A stretch of 64,000 nt of DNA from Dipteris shenzhenensis (lineage: Eukaryota): assembly GCA_047967505.1 (NCBI GenBank), contig CM106538.1; one strand, given 5' to 3'. The position numbers were made by a program, and so were the translations under genes. Position 1 is the first letter of the stretch; the number at the start of each line of letters is the position of its first letter. Below are positions 37,274-48,064 of the stretch, piece by piece. The notes beneath the pieces are model-generated. The model was not told the DNA's origin and did not search any database. It was given only the letters and a program-made list of their open reading frames with translations.

Positions 37274-40117
37274 CTAACTAGGTAGACTCTTCGTCAGCAT
37301 ATCTGCAGGGTTATCATCTGTATGAACCTTGACAAGCTCTATGCGCTTGTCCTCAAGTACCTCCCTGATGAAATGGTACTTGATCTCAATGTGTTTGGTC
37401 TTTGCATGAAAGACTGGATTCCGTGCTAGCTGAATAGCACTCATGGAATCACTATGCAATGTCGGTACACCTGTATGAATCCCCAAATCTCCCACTAGCC
37501 GATCAAGCCATATAGCCTCCTTGCAACCCTCTGTGGCTGCAACATACTCAGCCTCTATGGTAGACAAAGCAACGCACTTCTGTGCGCGAGACATCCATGA
37601 CACTGCACCACCTGCAAAGGTGAACACATAACCAGAATTGGATCTCCTACTATCCACATGCCCTGCATAGTCTGAATCTGTGTACCCAAGTACACGCATG
37701 TCTCCTTTACCAAAGCAAATGCACATCTCCTTGGTACCCTTCATGTACCTCATGATGCACTTAACTGCCTCCCAATGCCTCTTTCCTGGATTAGCCATAT
37801 ACCGGCTAACAACGCCCACTGCAAATGCAATGTCTGGTCTAGTAGCTATCATAGCATACATAAGACTCCCAACCGCTGATGTACAAGGAACCTTGGCCAT
37901 CATGGCCCTCTCCTCATCTGATTTGGGACTATCTGTATGACTCAGTTTCACATATGGATGCAATGGAGTACTCACTGCCTTCCCCCCCTCCATATTGAAA
38001 TGCTGCAATACTTTTGTAACATACTCTTTTTGTGAAAGCCAAAGGAGTTTCCTACTTCGATCACGCGTGATGCGCATACCAAGAATATGACCTGCAAATC
38101 CCAAATCCTTCATATCAAAGGCCTCATGCAACTTGGCCTTTAATGCATCTAGCTCATAAGTATTCTTGCTAGCCAATAGCATATCATCCACATATAGTGC
38201 CAGGATTATCAGGCTACTATCCTTAGCCCTTTTAGTGTAGAGGCAGTGATCAATTTCACTCCTTCTAAAACCCTGGGACCAAATGAAAGCATCAAACTTC
38301 TGATACCATTCTCTAGGCGCTTGCTTAAGACCATAGAGACTCTTCTTCAGCTTGCAAACTAAATGCTCTTTGCCCTTTTCTTCAAAGCCTTCCGGCTGCA
38401 CCATGTAAATTTTCTCATGCAAATCCCCATGCAAGAAAGCTGTCTTGACATCCATCTGCATAAGCTCCATATCCTCTAATGCCACTAGTCCAAGCATGCA
38501 TCTAAGTGTGGTCATCTTCACAACCGGAGAGAATATCTCATCAAAGTCCACACCCTTCTCTTGCTTGAACCCTTTAGCAACCAAACGGGCCTTGTACCTA
38601 GGCACATCATCACCTGTGACCTTCATTTTGTAGACCCATTTACATGGCAATGCTTTCTTTCCATGTGGCAAAGAAACCAAGTCCCAAGTCTTATTCTTCA
38701 TAAGTGAACTCATCTCTGATTGCATAGCATACTCCCACTTGCGTTGATCCCCACGCATCATAGCCTCTCTGTAGCAAGAAGGCTCCCCGCAATCAGTAAG
38801 CATCACATAGTCTACCCCTGGAACAAACCTATCAGGTGGTCTAGACACTCTAGATGATCTTCTCAATGGCATTTCAGCTTGCTGTCCCACCTGCATATCA
38901 GCCACATTTGGCTCATCATTTCCACCAATAGATGATCCATCATCTACCCTTGATTGTATACCTCTGGGAGTACTTGGTGGTACCATTTCTTGTACATTTG
39001 GTGCATGGACAGCTTGCTGTCTATCAACATATGCAGGTGGATTCACATCCTGGAAAGTGATTCTCCTCATTTCCACATCCCTCATTGGTGCCTTATGCAT
39101 CTTCTTCTCATTGAAGACTACATCATGGCTGTGTATGATCTTCTTTGCTTCTGGATCCCAGAGACGATAGCCCATCTCTCCACTTTCACCATAACCCAGA
39201 AAGATGCATTTCCTAGACTTAGGATCTAGCTTCTTTCGAAGCTCTTTTGGCACATGTGCATATGCCTCACACCCAAATATACGCAAATGAGAGTAAGAGG
39301 GCTTCTTGCCACTCCATGCCTCTTCAGGAATACCACCATCCAAACTCTTACTAGGTGATCTATTGATCACATGCACTGTAGTCTTCATTGCCTCAGCCCA
39401 AAAACCACCAGAAAGACTTGCATTAGAAAGCATGCATTGCAACCTTTCTTGAATGGTACGGTTCATCTTTTCTGCAACTGGATTTTGCTCTGGAGTACGA
39501 GGGGATGTGAGCTCCCTCTTAATCCCACGTTTATGACAGAAATGCTGAAAGTCATGAGAGAGATACTCTCCACCATTGTCAGTTCGTAGGCATTTAAGCG
39601 TTCTACCTGACTGATTCTCAACCAAGGCCAGCCATTTCTGAAATACCTGGAACACATCACTCTTCCGAGCTATAGCATAAGCCCACACTTTCCTAGTTGC
39701 ATCATCAATGAATGTCACATAGTATTCAGCCCCGCCTAATGACCGTGTAGGCATGGGACCACATACGTCTGAATGCACCAAATCAAGCATTTCAAACTCT
39801 TTCTTTCCCCTTCTTTTATGGGCTGATTTAGTCTGCTTCCCATAGAGACAATGCTCACAAAATTCAAAATCAGAGAAACTCAAATGCAGTACATAACCCA
39901 AATGGCATAAGAGTTTCATTCCATTCTGGCTCATGTGCCCCAACCTGCAATGCCACAAAGAAGTGCTTGAAGAGGCTTTACAAGGCTGAAAAATGATGTG
40001 CACGATGCCGTGAGATAGCCGAATAGGCTTTACAATGGTGGCATGTGTGTGTGAAATCAAATGATATCTGCCCACTGAACCAATCTGCAATGCCTCTGTA
40101 CTCTGAAGTCTGCTCAC
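37274..40117 (-). CDS. Copia F pol (GAG-pre-integrase, integrase, RT, RNaseH), open for ~900 codons; N-terminal ~50 aa unrelated
   Basis: LWHCRLGH, CEHC, integrase D/D/E (VHSDVCG, RTDNGGE, AEKMNRT), YVDD, RNaseH (YTDSD, EAEY, HSDSMSA, NPADMLTK). Homology to copia E starts at ~39968. A TAG appears to cut about 13 codons (RFEYCRVLMGIG* follows). Confidence 0.93.
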   Translation of the reverse strand: MSRLQSTEALQIGSVGRYHLISHTHATIVKPIRLSHGIVHIIFQPCKASSSTSLWHCRLGHMSQNGMKLLCHLGYVLHLSFSDFEFCEHCLYGKQTKSAHKRRGKKEFEMLDLVHSDVCGPMPTRSLGGAEYYVTFIDDATRKVWAYAIARKSDVFQVFQKWLALVENQSGRTLKCLRTDNGGEYLSHDFQHFCHKRGIKRELTSPRTPEQNPVAEKMNRTIQERLQCMLSNASLSGGFWAEAMKTTVHVINRSPSKSLDGGIPEEAWSGKKPSYSHLRIFGCEAYAHVPKELRKKLDPKSRKCIFLGYGESGEMGYRLWDPEAKKIIHSHDVVFNEKKMHKAPMRDVEMRRITFQDVNPPAYVDRQQAVHAPNVQEMVPPSTPRGIQSRVDDGSSIGGNDEPNVADMQVGQQAEMPLRRSSRVSRPPDRFVPGVDYVMLTDCGEPSCYREAMMRGDQRKWEYAMQSEMSSLMKNKTWDLVSLPHGKKALPCKWVYKMKVTGDDVPRYKARLVAKGFKQEKGVDFDEIFSPVVKMTTLRCMLGLVALEDMELMQMDVKTAFLHGDLHEKIYMVQPEGFEEKGKEHLVCKLKKSLYGLKQAPREWYQKFDAFIWSQGFRRSEIDHCLYTKRAKDSSLIILALYVDDMLLASKNTYELDALKAKLHEAFDMKDLGFAGHILGMRITRDRSRKLLWLSQKEYVTKVLQHFNMEGGKAVSTPLHPYVKLSHTDSPKSDEERAMMAKVPCTSAVGSLMYAMIATRPDIAFAVGVVSRYMANPGKRHWEAVKCIMRYMKGTKEMCICFGKGDMRVLGYTDSDYAGHVDSRRSNSGYVFTFAGGAVSWMSRAQKCVALSTIEAEYVAATEGCKEAIWLDRLVGDLGIHTGVPTLHSDSMSAIQLARNPVFHAKTKHIEIKYHFIREVLEDKRIELVKVHTDDNPADMLTKSLPS

Positions 40118-40781
40118 TGAACTGATGAACGGAAGGTTTCAGGTAATGTAATGATGTGAAATCGGATGTGAGCGTATGGACTGACTCCGAGTAGGTACTA
40201 GTCGGGAATTTCGGGCATGGCTTAGATTGGCAACTTGGGGAATTCAAAGCGTCCCCTCTATGGCAATCTAGTCTACTCTGATCTAGATCTAAACCAACCG
40301 TCGATCGATGAAAGAGCAGCAAATAATTCCTTTTCTTTTGTTCTTTTTAAGTGCTGGGTCAGATGCGTCGATGTAGAGGCAAATGTGCGTGAAGGAAGTG
40401 GTTTTGTCGGCGAGGCTCAAATGTGAGTGTAACTTGCGCCGAAATGTGCACGTGATGTAACGAGCGCGTAGAGCACGAAAAATCGAGCGACTTTCCTTTT
40501 TGGATCACCCTCAAATTCTTCCTGGATCAAGAGATATGACTTGATCTAGGTGGAGGGGCAAAAGGAGTGTAAATGGTGCTCAATGATGATGTGTCACTGT
40601 GAGTCACATGCAGTGATGATGTGGCACTGTGCTTAGCAAGAGGTGTGCCAGTGAAGCTCTGTGCTGAGGTGGCAGGAGTGTGCACATGCAGTGTGTGCAC
40701 AGTGTGCCTGGCAAGGGACTGTGCCTGCAGAGGGTCAGTGCTGACTGGACTGCTGAGGTGGCACAAATGATGTCAGCAGGG

Positions 40782-40947
40782 TGACGTGGCAATGCTGACG
40801 TGGCACAGGTGACGTGGCATATGTGACGTGGCTGATGACGTGGCACAGGTGACATGGCAATGGTGACATGGCAGAGGATAAGACAGGTACACGTGGCACA
40901 TCCGGGTGCCTGATGACATGGCAATTGGAGATAAGGTTGCCACGTGT
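40782..40947. promoter_or_regulatory. Cluster of G-box/ABRE-like (ACGTGGC) and I-box-like (GATAAG) motifs
   Basis: TGACGTGGC x5, TGACATGGC x3, ACACGTGGC x2 (one inverted), GATAAG x2 in 166 bp. Function is not shown. Confidence 0.55.
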
Positions 40948-41085
40948 TTGGTTTCTAGGATCGACGGAATCTTCTCAAGATGCCGACGGAATCTCAGGAT
41001 TCCGTCCGTCGTCTCTCCCGTTTAGTTGCAGAAGCTAAAGGCGAGCGGAAATACTGAAAAGATCTTTCAGGTCAACACAGTTCCG

Positions 41086-41225
41086 ATGAAGACCTGGCCT
41101 GAGTTGGTAGGATTGTCAGGTGAGGAAGCCAAAGCGATGATCTTGGCAGAAAATCCTCATTTCCAAGTTGTATTACTGCTCGAGGGCTCCTTTGTAACTT
41201 TCGTCGTGAGCGTGTTCGTGTCTTC
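41086..41225 (+). pseudogene. Potato inhibitor I family serine protease inhibitor fragment
   Basis: MKTWPELVGLSGEEAKAMILAENPHFQVVLLLEGSFVT, then frameshifted FRRERVRVF; matches the WPELVG...VT.D.R.DRVR.F signature. Confidence 0.9.
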
Positions 41226-41488
41226 CTTGCCCCACAGGAGTCTGAGACGTTAACCCATCCATGATCCTCCCATGGAAACAGCGGCAACTTGCAACTTGCA
41301 GAGGGTGAAGTTCCCGATGACAAGCCGCCCAGGGCAGGGCGGCATTTGCACTGTACAGCGAAGGCACCTCGGGTTTATGAGTAAGGCCGGCTTTCACATT
41401 CCTTGCTACAAAAAATGGCAGAAGCTTGGAGGTCCGTCGCTGTACGTGGGAATCGACCAATGGTTCGAGGAGATTCCTCTGCTCAGCT

Positions 41489-41730
41489 ATGGTGCACGTT
41501 AGCTTCTATCGCAATTATGGAAAAACATTTTTAAAAAAAACCGCGCAGGCCGTATGAGAAAGAGCGTCTGGACGCAGAGTTGAAGCTAGTTGGAGAGTAG
41601 GGTCTCCAAAATAAGCGCGAACTGTGGAGAGTGCAATATGCGCTTAGTCGTATGCGTAACAATGCTCGATTACGTCCTGGCTTTGACGGTCGAGAACTTC
41701 TTGGAGCATCGTCTACAGACCTTAGTATAT
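41489..41730 (+). pseudogene. RPS9: 40S ribosomal protein S9 (uS4) fragment, internally deleted
   Basis: [57 protein letters not shown] joined to DYVLALTVENFLEHRLQTLVY; frameshift, a stop and a deletion of roughly 35-40 codons. Confidence 0.95.
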
Positions 41731-42399
41731 TCGTTGCGGCTTTTCTGTCGTCGAGGCGTTGCGTGGCCAGAGAGCTTAGGCTCTCGTTGAATAGTGCAGT
41801 TCGTTGGAGCATGCACGCTGCCTTGCTTTGGAGAAGCTTCACTGAGAGCGTGGCTCGGCTTGTAGACGGGCCAAGCTCTTTGGTGCGTTAGCTATGAAGC
41901 TTGGGAGAAGGTCATTTGGAGAGCCTCATCCATGGCACAGCTTGGTGGCAGTCCGTAAAGGTCGCTGCAGCTGGTAGAGCGCTTGGGGACCTTGGAGCGT
42001 GTTGGAGATGGCAGAGTCGTGCTTGCTGAGCGTGAAGAAGAGATTCTCTCAAGAAAACCTTACAGAAACTTAGAGGCTCAGAAATGAACCTTTCTCTCTC
42101 ACAAAACCTTACAAGATCTCTGAAAAGACTAAGATCCAGATCTCTCTTTCTCTCATAAACAAGGAATACTCTCTTTCTCAAGCAATGAAATCTTGCAAAG
42201 AACTCAAAGAAAGAATAATGGACGGAGCTGTCCTAGAATGAGCAAAGGAGATTAACGGAAATCTCTCAATCTCTCATGGACGGAAACTTCTCTCAACGGA
42301 AGTGAAGGGAAGGATCTCACAATCACTCAAGAGAACTCTCAATCTCACAATCTCTCTCACACTCTCAAGAAACTCAATGTCTCAGCGGAAGACAAGGAA

Positions 42400-42668
42400 G
42401 CTCTGATACCATGACAAAATATGAAGAGGGGAGAGGAGAAGAGTGGAGATGAGGAGAGAGGGCACAGCTAGAGAGCACACCACAAATGACTAACTGTACA
42501 CTAGAATTAGTTGAAAAAATAGAATATATACAAACCCTTTTAGGGTTAGGGTTAGGGGATCTAACCCTTTCCTTTATAGCACTTTATAAGGTTAGTGCTA
42601 TGCACATATGATCACGTGATGGTGCTATGCACACATGATCACATGATGTTGAGCGTGAACTCTCAACA
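42400..42668 (-). mobile_element. PBS (42400-42411) and 257-bp 5' LTR (42412-42668) of element G
   Basis: GCTCTGATACCA directly followed by TGACAAAA...TCTCAACA. Contains TTTAGGGTTAGGGTTAGGG and a 27-bp tandem repeat. No matching LTR in the window. Confidence 0.8.
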
Positions 42669-44388
42669 GTTCCCTACGCTGTTCATGTTTCATGGACAAT
42701 TTGGCAATTAGAAAGTCCTCATCTTGACCAATTCAAGAGTTTAGAGGACATAATCTCCATCAACGCAGCCAAGAGAGCTCAGCTCACACTCCACCACGGA
42801 AAAGGTGGACCCAAAGGCAGGATTCACAAGCCAGAGTGTCAAGAGTAAGAAGAAGGCAAATGAAGCTACTTTGAAGATCTCCAATTGGGTAGATAGCAGG
42901 ACTCTCCAAGTCGCTGCACACAGGCAGGCAGTGAACGTCATTCTAGCTGCTCACTGGTGGCACCAGTTTGAAGTTCAATCCAATTACAGCAAGTAGGGGT
43001 TGGATCTCACTATTCCAGGAATCTGTTGCAAGTACATAGCAGGCATTTAGGATGCACATTCCAGGAGTCTGTTGCAAGTACAACCCTGCAGCCAGACGTT
43101 GCAGCAGCTCAGTATATTTCTCGAAATATGGGTCAAAATTTCACAACTGGATGCTTCCGCAGAGTTCCTAGTACTGCAGCCAACCACTGTCTTTGGATGC
43201 TTAGTGGTGATCTGGTTCACTGCTCCTATCGCTGCCTCAAACTAAGCTTAGCTCGTGGAGTGTCAGTGGCCTCACATGGGGAGCCCCTTTGTATAGGTGA
43301 GGAGGGACTCAGTCTGTCCCCCCCAAACCAACTGGCCAACTGGCCTTCTCACAGACTGGCCCGTAAACAGCCGACCGGCAGACCCTATGCTCTGTCAAAA
43401 TGCTGACTGCTCTGTGGGTTTGACAAGCCCACAGACTGCCCTCTTTGGCCCATCCAAGATAGGCCCCATATATAGGCCCTTGGCTGGTGTCCATCTGCCC
43501 CAGCATCGGCCGATTTTATGCCACTATGCTGGCATTTGTCCGCAGCCCATATGGGCTCATTAGATCCCCATCCTCTGGTGCAGATCTGCCAGCCTCTCCA
43601 GTTGGATCTTGCTGCCTATGTGGCAGCCCATCTTGTCCTCTTTTCTACACATTCTATGCTGCTCACATGTCAGCCTACACGCTGTCCACATGGCAGCCTC
43701 TCTTGATGCTACAATCTTCCCACTAAGCTGCCCACATGTTGGCCCTTTAGCTGTCCACATGGAAGCCCTTGTATGTGGCGTGCATATCTCATGCCCACAT
43801 GGCTATCTCAAATGCCGTCCCCCATTCTATAGGGGCACCATGTCCCAATGCTCATCATTTGGTCCCTCTACGCCAACACCCCTAGTTATTGTCACGCTCT
43901 GGACCCGCATTGACCCAAAGACATAACCACTCCATTTACTCAGGAACACATTGAGAAGGCTGTTGGAATCTTGTTCAGATGCCTACATACATTGCGTCTT
44001 TATGTCTAGCTCTCCATAATCCTTGAACTTCATAAATCAAACAGAACACAGGTACCTACACTTCACCATCATTCAATTGCACTATCAATATCCATCACAA
44101 ACGCACTAGGTACACAAGACACCCAGGTATAACTAGTAGGTACATCCAATTGTCAACACTTGAAGCTAGGAACAAGCTAGAGTGCAAAGTACCATAGGTC
44201 ATCGATAACTAGCACGATCTGCAATCACAATCCTCTAGAAACTTTGGACCCTCGAATTTGTGACGGCTGTCTTTTCAATAGACTTCGAACTTCCAAGTTA
44301 GTTGGTGATTCTTGTGTCACAAAGTTTAGCAACTCTATGAGAAGGATGGCCTTGAGAGAGGATAAAAGATCTCTTGGGAGAAGGGATC

Positions 44389-44389
<1 letters not shown>

Positions 44390-44476
<87 letters not shown>
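44390..44476. repeat. Compound (TG)n(AG)n microsatellite
   Basis: Read directly. Other (GA/TC)n tracts at ~22983, 26248, 27804, 29367, 57482 and 60740; poly-G at ~28417-28443. Confidence 0.95.
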
Positions 44477-44480
<4 letters not shown>

Positions 44481-45473
44481 TCCCCTATCTTACAATGTTA
44501 AAATTTGATGCTCTTGGGGTAGTGCTCTTGGATTGCATTCCAATAAGACACGTTTAGTTGTCAAATCTTGCATTCTTAGATTCTAATACATATTTTACGC
44601 CTACACTTGAGCACATATTTTATATATTTCTTTGATTAAAAAAAAACCACCTCGTGAAGCAAAGAAAGATGTGATATATTTCTTTGATTACAAAAAGAAC
44701 CTCATGAAGCAAAAGATACATGTTTACTCACACATCAACCTCATGGCTAATGTCACCTAAAGATAGATTCTCATGTATGAGTGACATCTTTTATTCCATG
44801 CATACTCTTTCATGCCATGACGCAAATTTCTTTAGGTAATGCCTTGAAAGGTTGGTTGTCAAGTTTGCTTTCTTTCATTACAATCCTCATTTGTCCTTAA
44901 ACCTCCAAGTTCTCCTACTTTGTAAAAACAACTCAATCAGATTCCATACGCTCCATTACGAAAACCAACATGGAACATACCATCCTAGGTTCTCGCTTGG
45001 TATAGGGGTCTTTCATAGATACTACACTCTCTTCTAATTTAGCGAGACCAAATGAAATCAATCCTCTACCGTCACTCATTGTCACTTAAATATACTCATT
45101 GCCAAAAACTTATTGTTATTTAAATGTGCTCGTGCCAACAAGTTTGCCTCTTCATGTAAGCGACATACACCGTATAATTGTTATAGTAAGGATTGCATGA
45201 AAATTACACATCAAGTTTTACTCTCTACAATAAGAGCTCCCAATGACATAGTGTTCATAATCATTTGCTTTGCAATGCATAGCCTTGCATTCATAAGTAC
45301 AATAAAGTTCTAAACTTGTGAATGGGGCTTGTCTTTCATCTTGGTCTTAACATTTTCTAAATGTAACTAAATTATTCAAAATGTTTTACTCAAAGAACAA
45401 TTTTAAAATTTTTGGAAGCTATTCAATTATCTACATTCATGTAAAAGAAACTCCTCTTAATGGAAGAAATATT

Positions 45474-46885
45474 TGTTGGAGAGTGGGAGAGAAGATGAAC
45501 ATCATGGAGAAGAGTGTGGAAACCAAATGGTAAAATGTTCCATTGAGTTGAGAGGAAGTCCTCTCTTTTATAGAATGGGAGAGAGGATGGCCTAAATCAA
45601 TGGCACCTCTCCTACATCAAAGTAGACCAGAACTCTGAACGCACTTGACTGAACCTAAGTCACCCTCCTTCTCGCAAGGAGTCTATGGCACTAAGTGTGC
45701 CTCGTTTACATACACACACGCAACCATATGATTGCTAGTGGATGCACACATACACCTAGTAAGCCCTTGATCACACATATCTCAACATACCTCCCCTCAA
45801 GGGTTTGCCTCATGCTATGTCAAGGATACATCTAGTCACATAGTTTCTCATGCCATCTCTTGGTGGTCAAGGATAAATCTATGGCTAAGATCTCATGCTA
45901 GCAAAGGTGCCCAAGGGTCAAGGTTTACAAAAATGGGATAGATCAAACACATATCACATGGCCTACATCTTATGGTGACCAGAGGTGATTTACAAAACAC
46001 AAAACACATGACATTCTTTTGGAGTACTATTCCAGGGAGAGAATCTAAAAAATTGACCAAGTGATGATAAATAAAGTTCAAAAGACAAAGTGCTCAAAAA
46101 GCATAGTCTTTATCTTCTACCGCAAAGTTTGATTCTTCATTTGTTGATGGAGTTCTCTCTTCAGCTTGATTTTCCATGTTTTTCATTATAAAACTTCTTT
46201 GAATGATTGTTCTTGTCACAAAAAGTGCAAGGATGGATTTTGTAGCAATCTTTTCAAGATGATTGGTCTTTTCACAATGCTTGCATGCCTTGTACTTGCT
46301 CTTTGATGAAAACTTTACTGTAAGTGCTTGTGTGTGCACTTCACCCATTCTTGAAATGTTCTTTCTCTCTTCCTCTTATAGAGCATTGATGATGCCCTCT
46401 AGTGTGGGTTGAAGAAGATTCTTCAAGGTAGTCAGAACATAATCATAGTCTTGAGGCATACTCTTCAAGAGCACAACCATAACATCATCTTCAGTAATTG
46501 GAGAGTTGATTGAGACCAATTGTGTCATAAGGCTCCTCAAAGTACTAACATGAGCGGCAACATTGCCTCCATCCATCTTAGGTTCAAAGAACTTAATTTT
46601 CAAATTCAACTTAGAAGTATGAGAGCTAGTACCAAATAACACATCGAACTTCTGCTAGGCCTCAAGAGGGGATTCCAAATCTGAAATATGATGCACATAA
46701 TTATCTCACAAACCTAATGCAATAATTGCATAAGCTTTCTCTAGCCTTTTAGCATCTGTAGGTGTAGTTGAAGAAGAGTCACTTGCTTTCCCCTTACCTT
46801 TGGTTGTGGTGGATTCACCTTCTTGAGATGATTGATTCCTTGACTTGAGAAAGTCCCACAAATTCTCTTTCATAAGCACAAAGTC
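45474..46885 (-). mobile_element. Gag-only copia-derived element H: decayed gag, PPT, 3' LTR (45474-45787)
   Basis: TGTTG...CAACA termini; PPT TTGAGGGGAGGTA on - at 45788-45800; gag MDGGNVAAHVSTLRSLMTQL...LLKSMPQDYDYVLTTL and CKHCEKTNH knuckle at 46094-46860; no pol recognised in between. Confidence 0.75.
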
Positions 46886-46890
46886 GCTTG

Positions 46891-48064
46891 TGCACTCTTG
46901 TTGAAGAAAGCTTATTTTTTCAAATAAAGGTTTTCATTTTAGAAATAAAAAAGGGGCTTGAGAAAGGCCAAAATCATCTTGTGGTGCTGACTTGGGAAGG
47001 TGTGTTAAAATCCTACTAAAAGGTCAAGGCATAGTATTAGTGTTGCAAGTAAAAGGAAAGTGTGTGTGTGTGGGGGGGGGGGGGTGCAAGCAAATGGTTG
47101 TGTTTGTGTGCGTGTGTGCACATGTGTGACATAGTTACATGCCCAAGCATATGCACATAGGCATTGTAAGCTCATGGGCATGCTTGTATGCACAAAACTT
47201 GAATGAAAACTTCACACATCTAGGTGTAGAAGTAGTGGGCCTAGTTCATGATTTGTGGCTGAGCAATCCTTACTGATTGTTGTGGCACTATAGCCGCATG
47301 ATGGTCTGTATGCTTGATTTGAGCTAGTAATTGGACCACCCTAGCCGATCTGATCATATCCTCCTGAATGATATCGGTGAAATTTACATGGCCTTTGTTT
47401 CATTTGCGGTCATATCGACATATCGGTCCCACAATCTTCTCTAAGCCTTGCACCTATGCATACCTTCCTGAAATTATTGGCAGGCCCAACCTTGCGCGGA
47501 CCACATCAATGCTGAAGTGATGATTTTTGGCCCTCCCCTATGCGTTATGAAGGATGCACATTCGGGTCCCCATGTTGACAATTTTGAACAACTCACCCAT
47601 CAAATCAATGTCAATGTGACAAGGGAGGCGTTCAGCGATTGGCTATAGCTCGTTGTTCTTATGAGCAGGTGCCCTTGAATGGTGTCATCTCTCAAGATGT
47701 CGTAGGTCGCTACAGTGTGAAGACTCTCACCTTTCCCCTCTCCCTTTCACATGTGCTCTTCCCATCCCACGTTTCATGTTCAAGTGAGTGCATCACACAT
47801 GTTGCATGCAACTCATGGAACATCACACAAGGGCATGAGCATGTTACTAAACAAGAAGGTACTCAATGGGAAAGCAAGAACGTCTCAAAATGCTTTACTT
47901 CCAAAGGTAAAATATGAGAACGCACAATGTGTCTCACTATAGAAATGCCAACGTCGACTATGATTGAGCACCACTTCCCATATACTCACCCCATCTCAAT
48001 AGAGCTTGAGCTCCTACTCAAGCGTAAGGGGCGTAGACACAAAAGTTTAGCCTCAAACACGGTT
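46891..48064. repeat. Dispersed ~1.17-kb direct repeat, copy 2
   Basis: Colinear with 5240-6397. Confidence 0.85.

Noticed and set aside
40110-40165. Hammerhead ribozyme / retrozyme (CTGATGA ... GAAA)
   Set aside because: I could not form stems I-III around the core here, or at the CTGATGA sites near 25616 and 40832.
42532-42570. Interstitial telomere or healed chromosome end
   Set aside because: Only about three units, embedded within an LTR.
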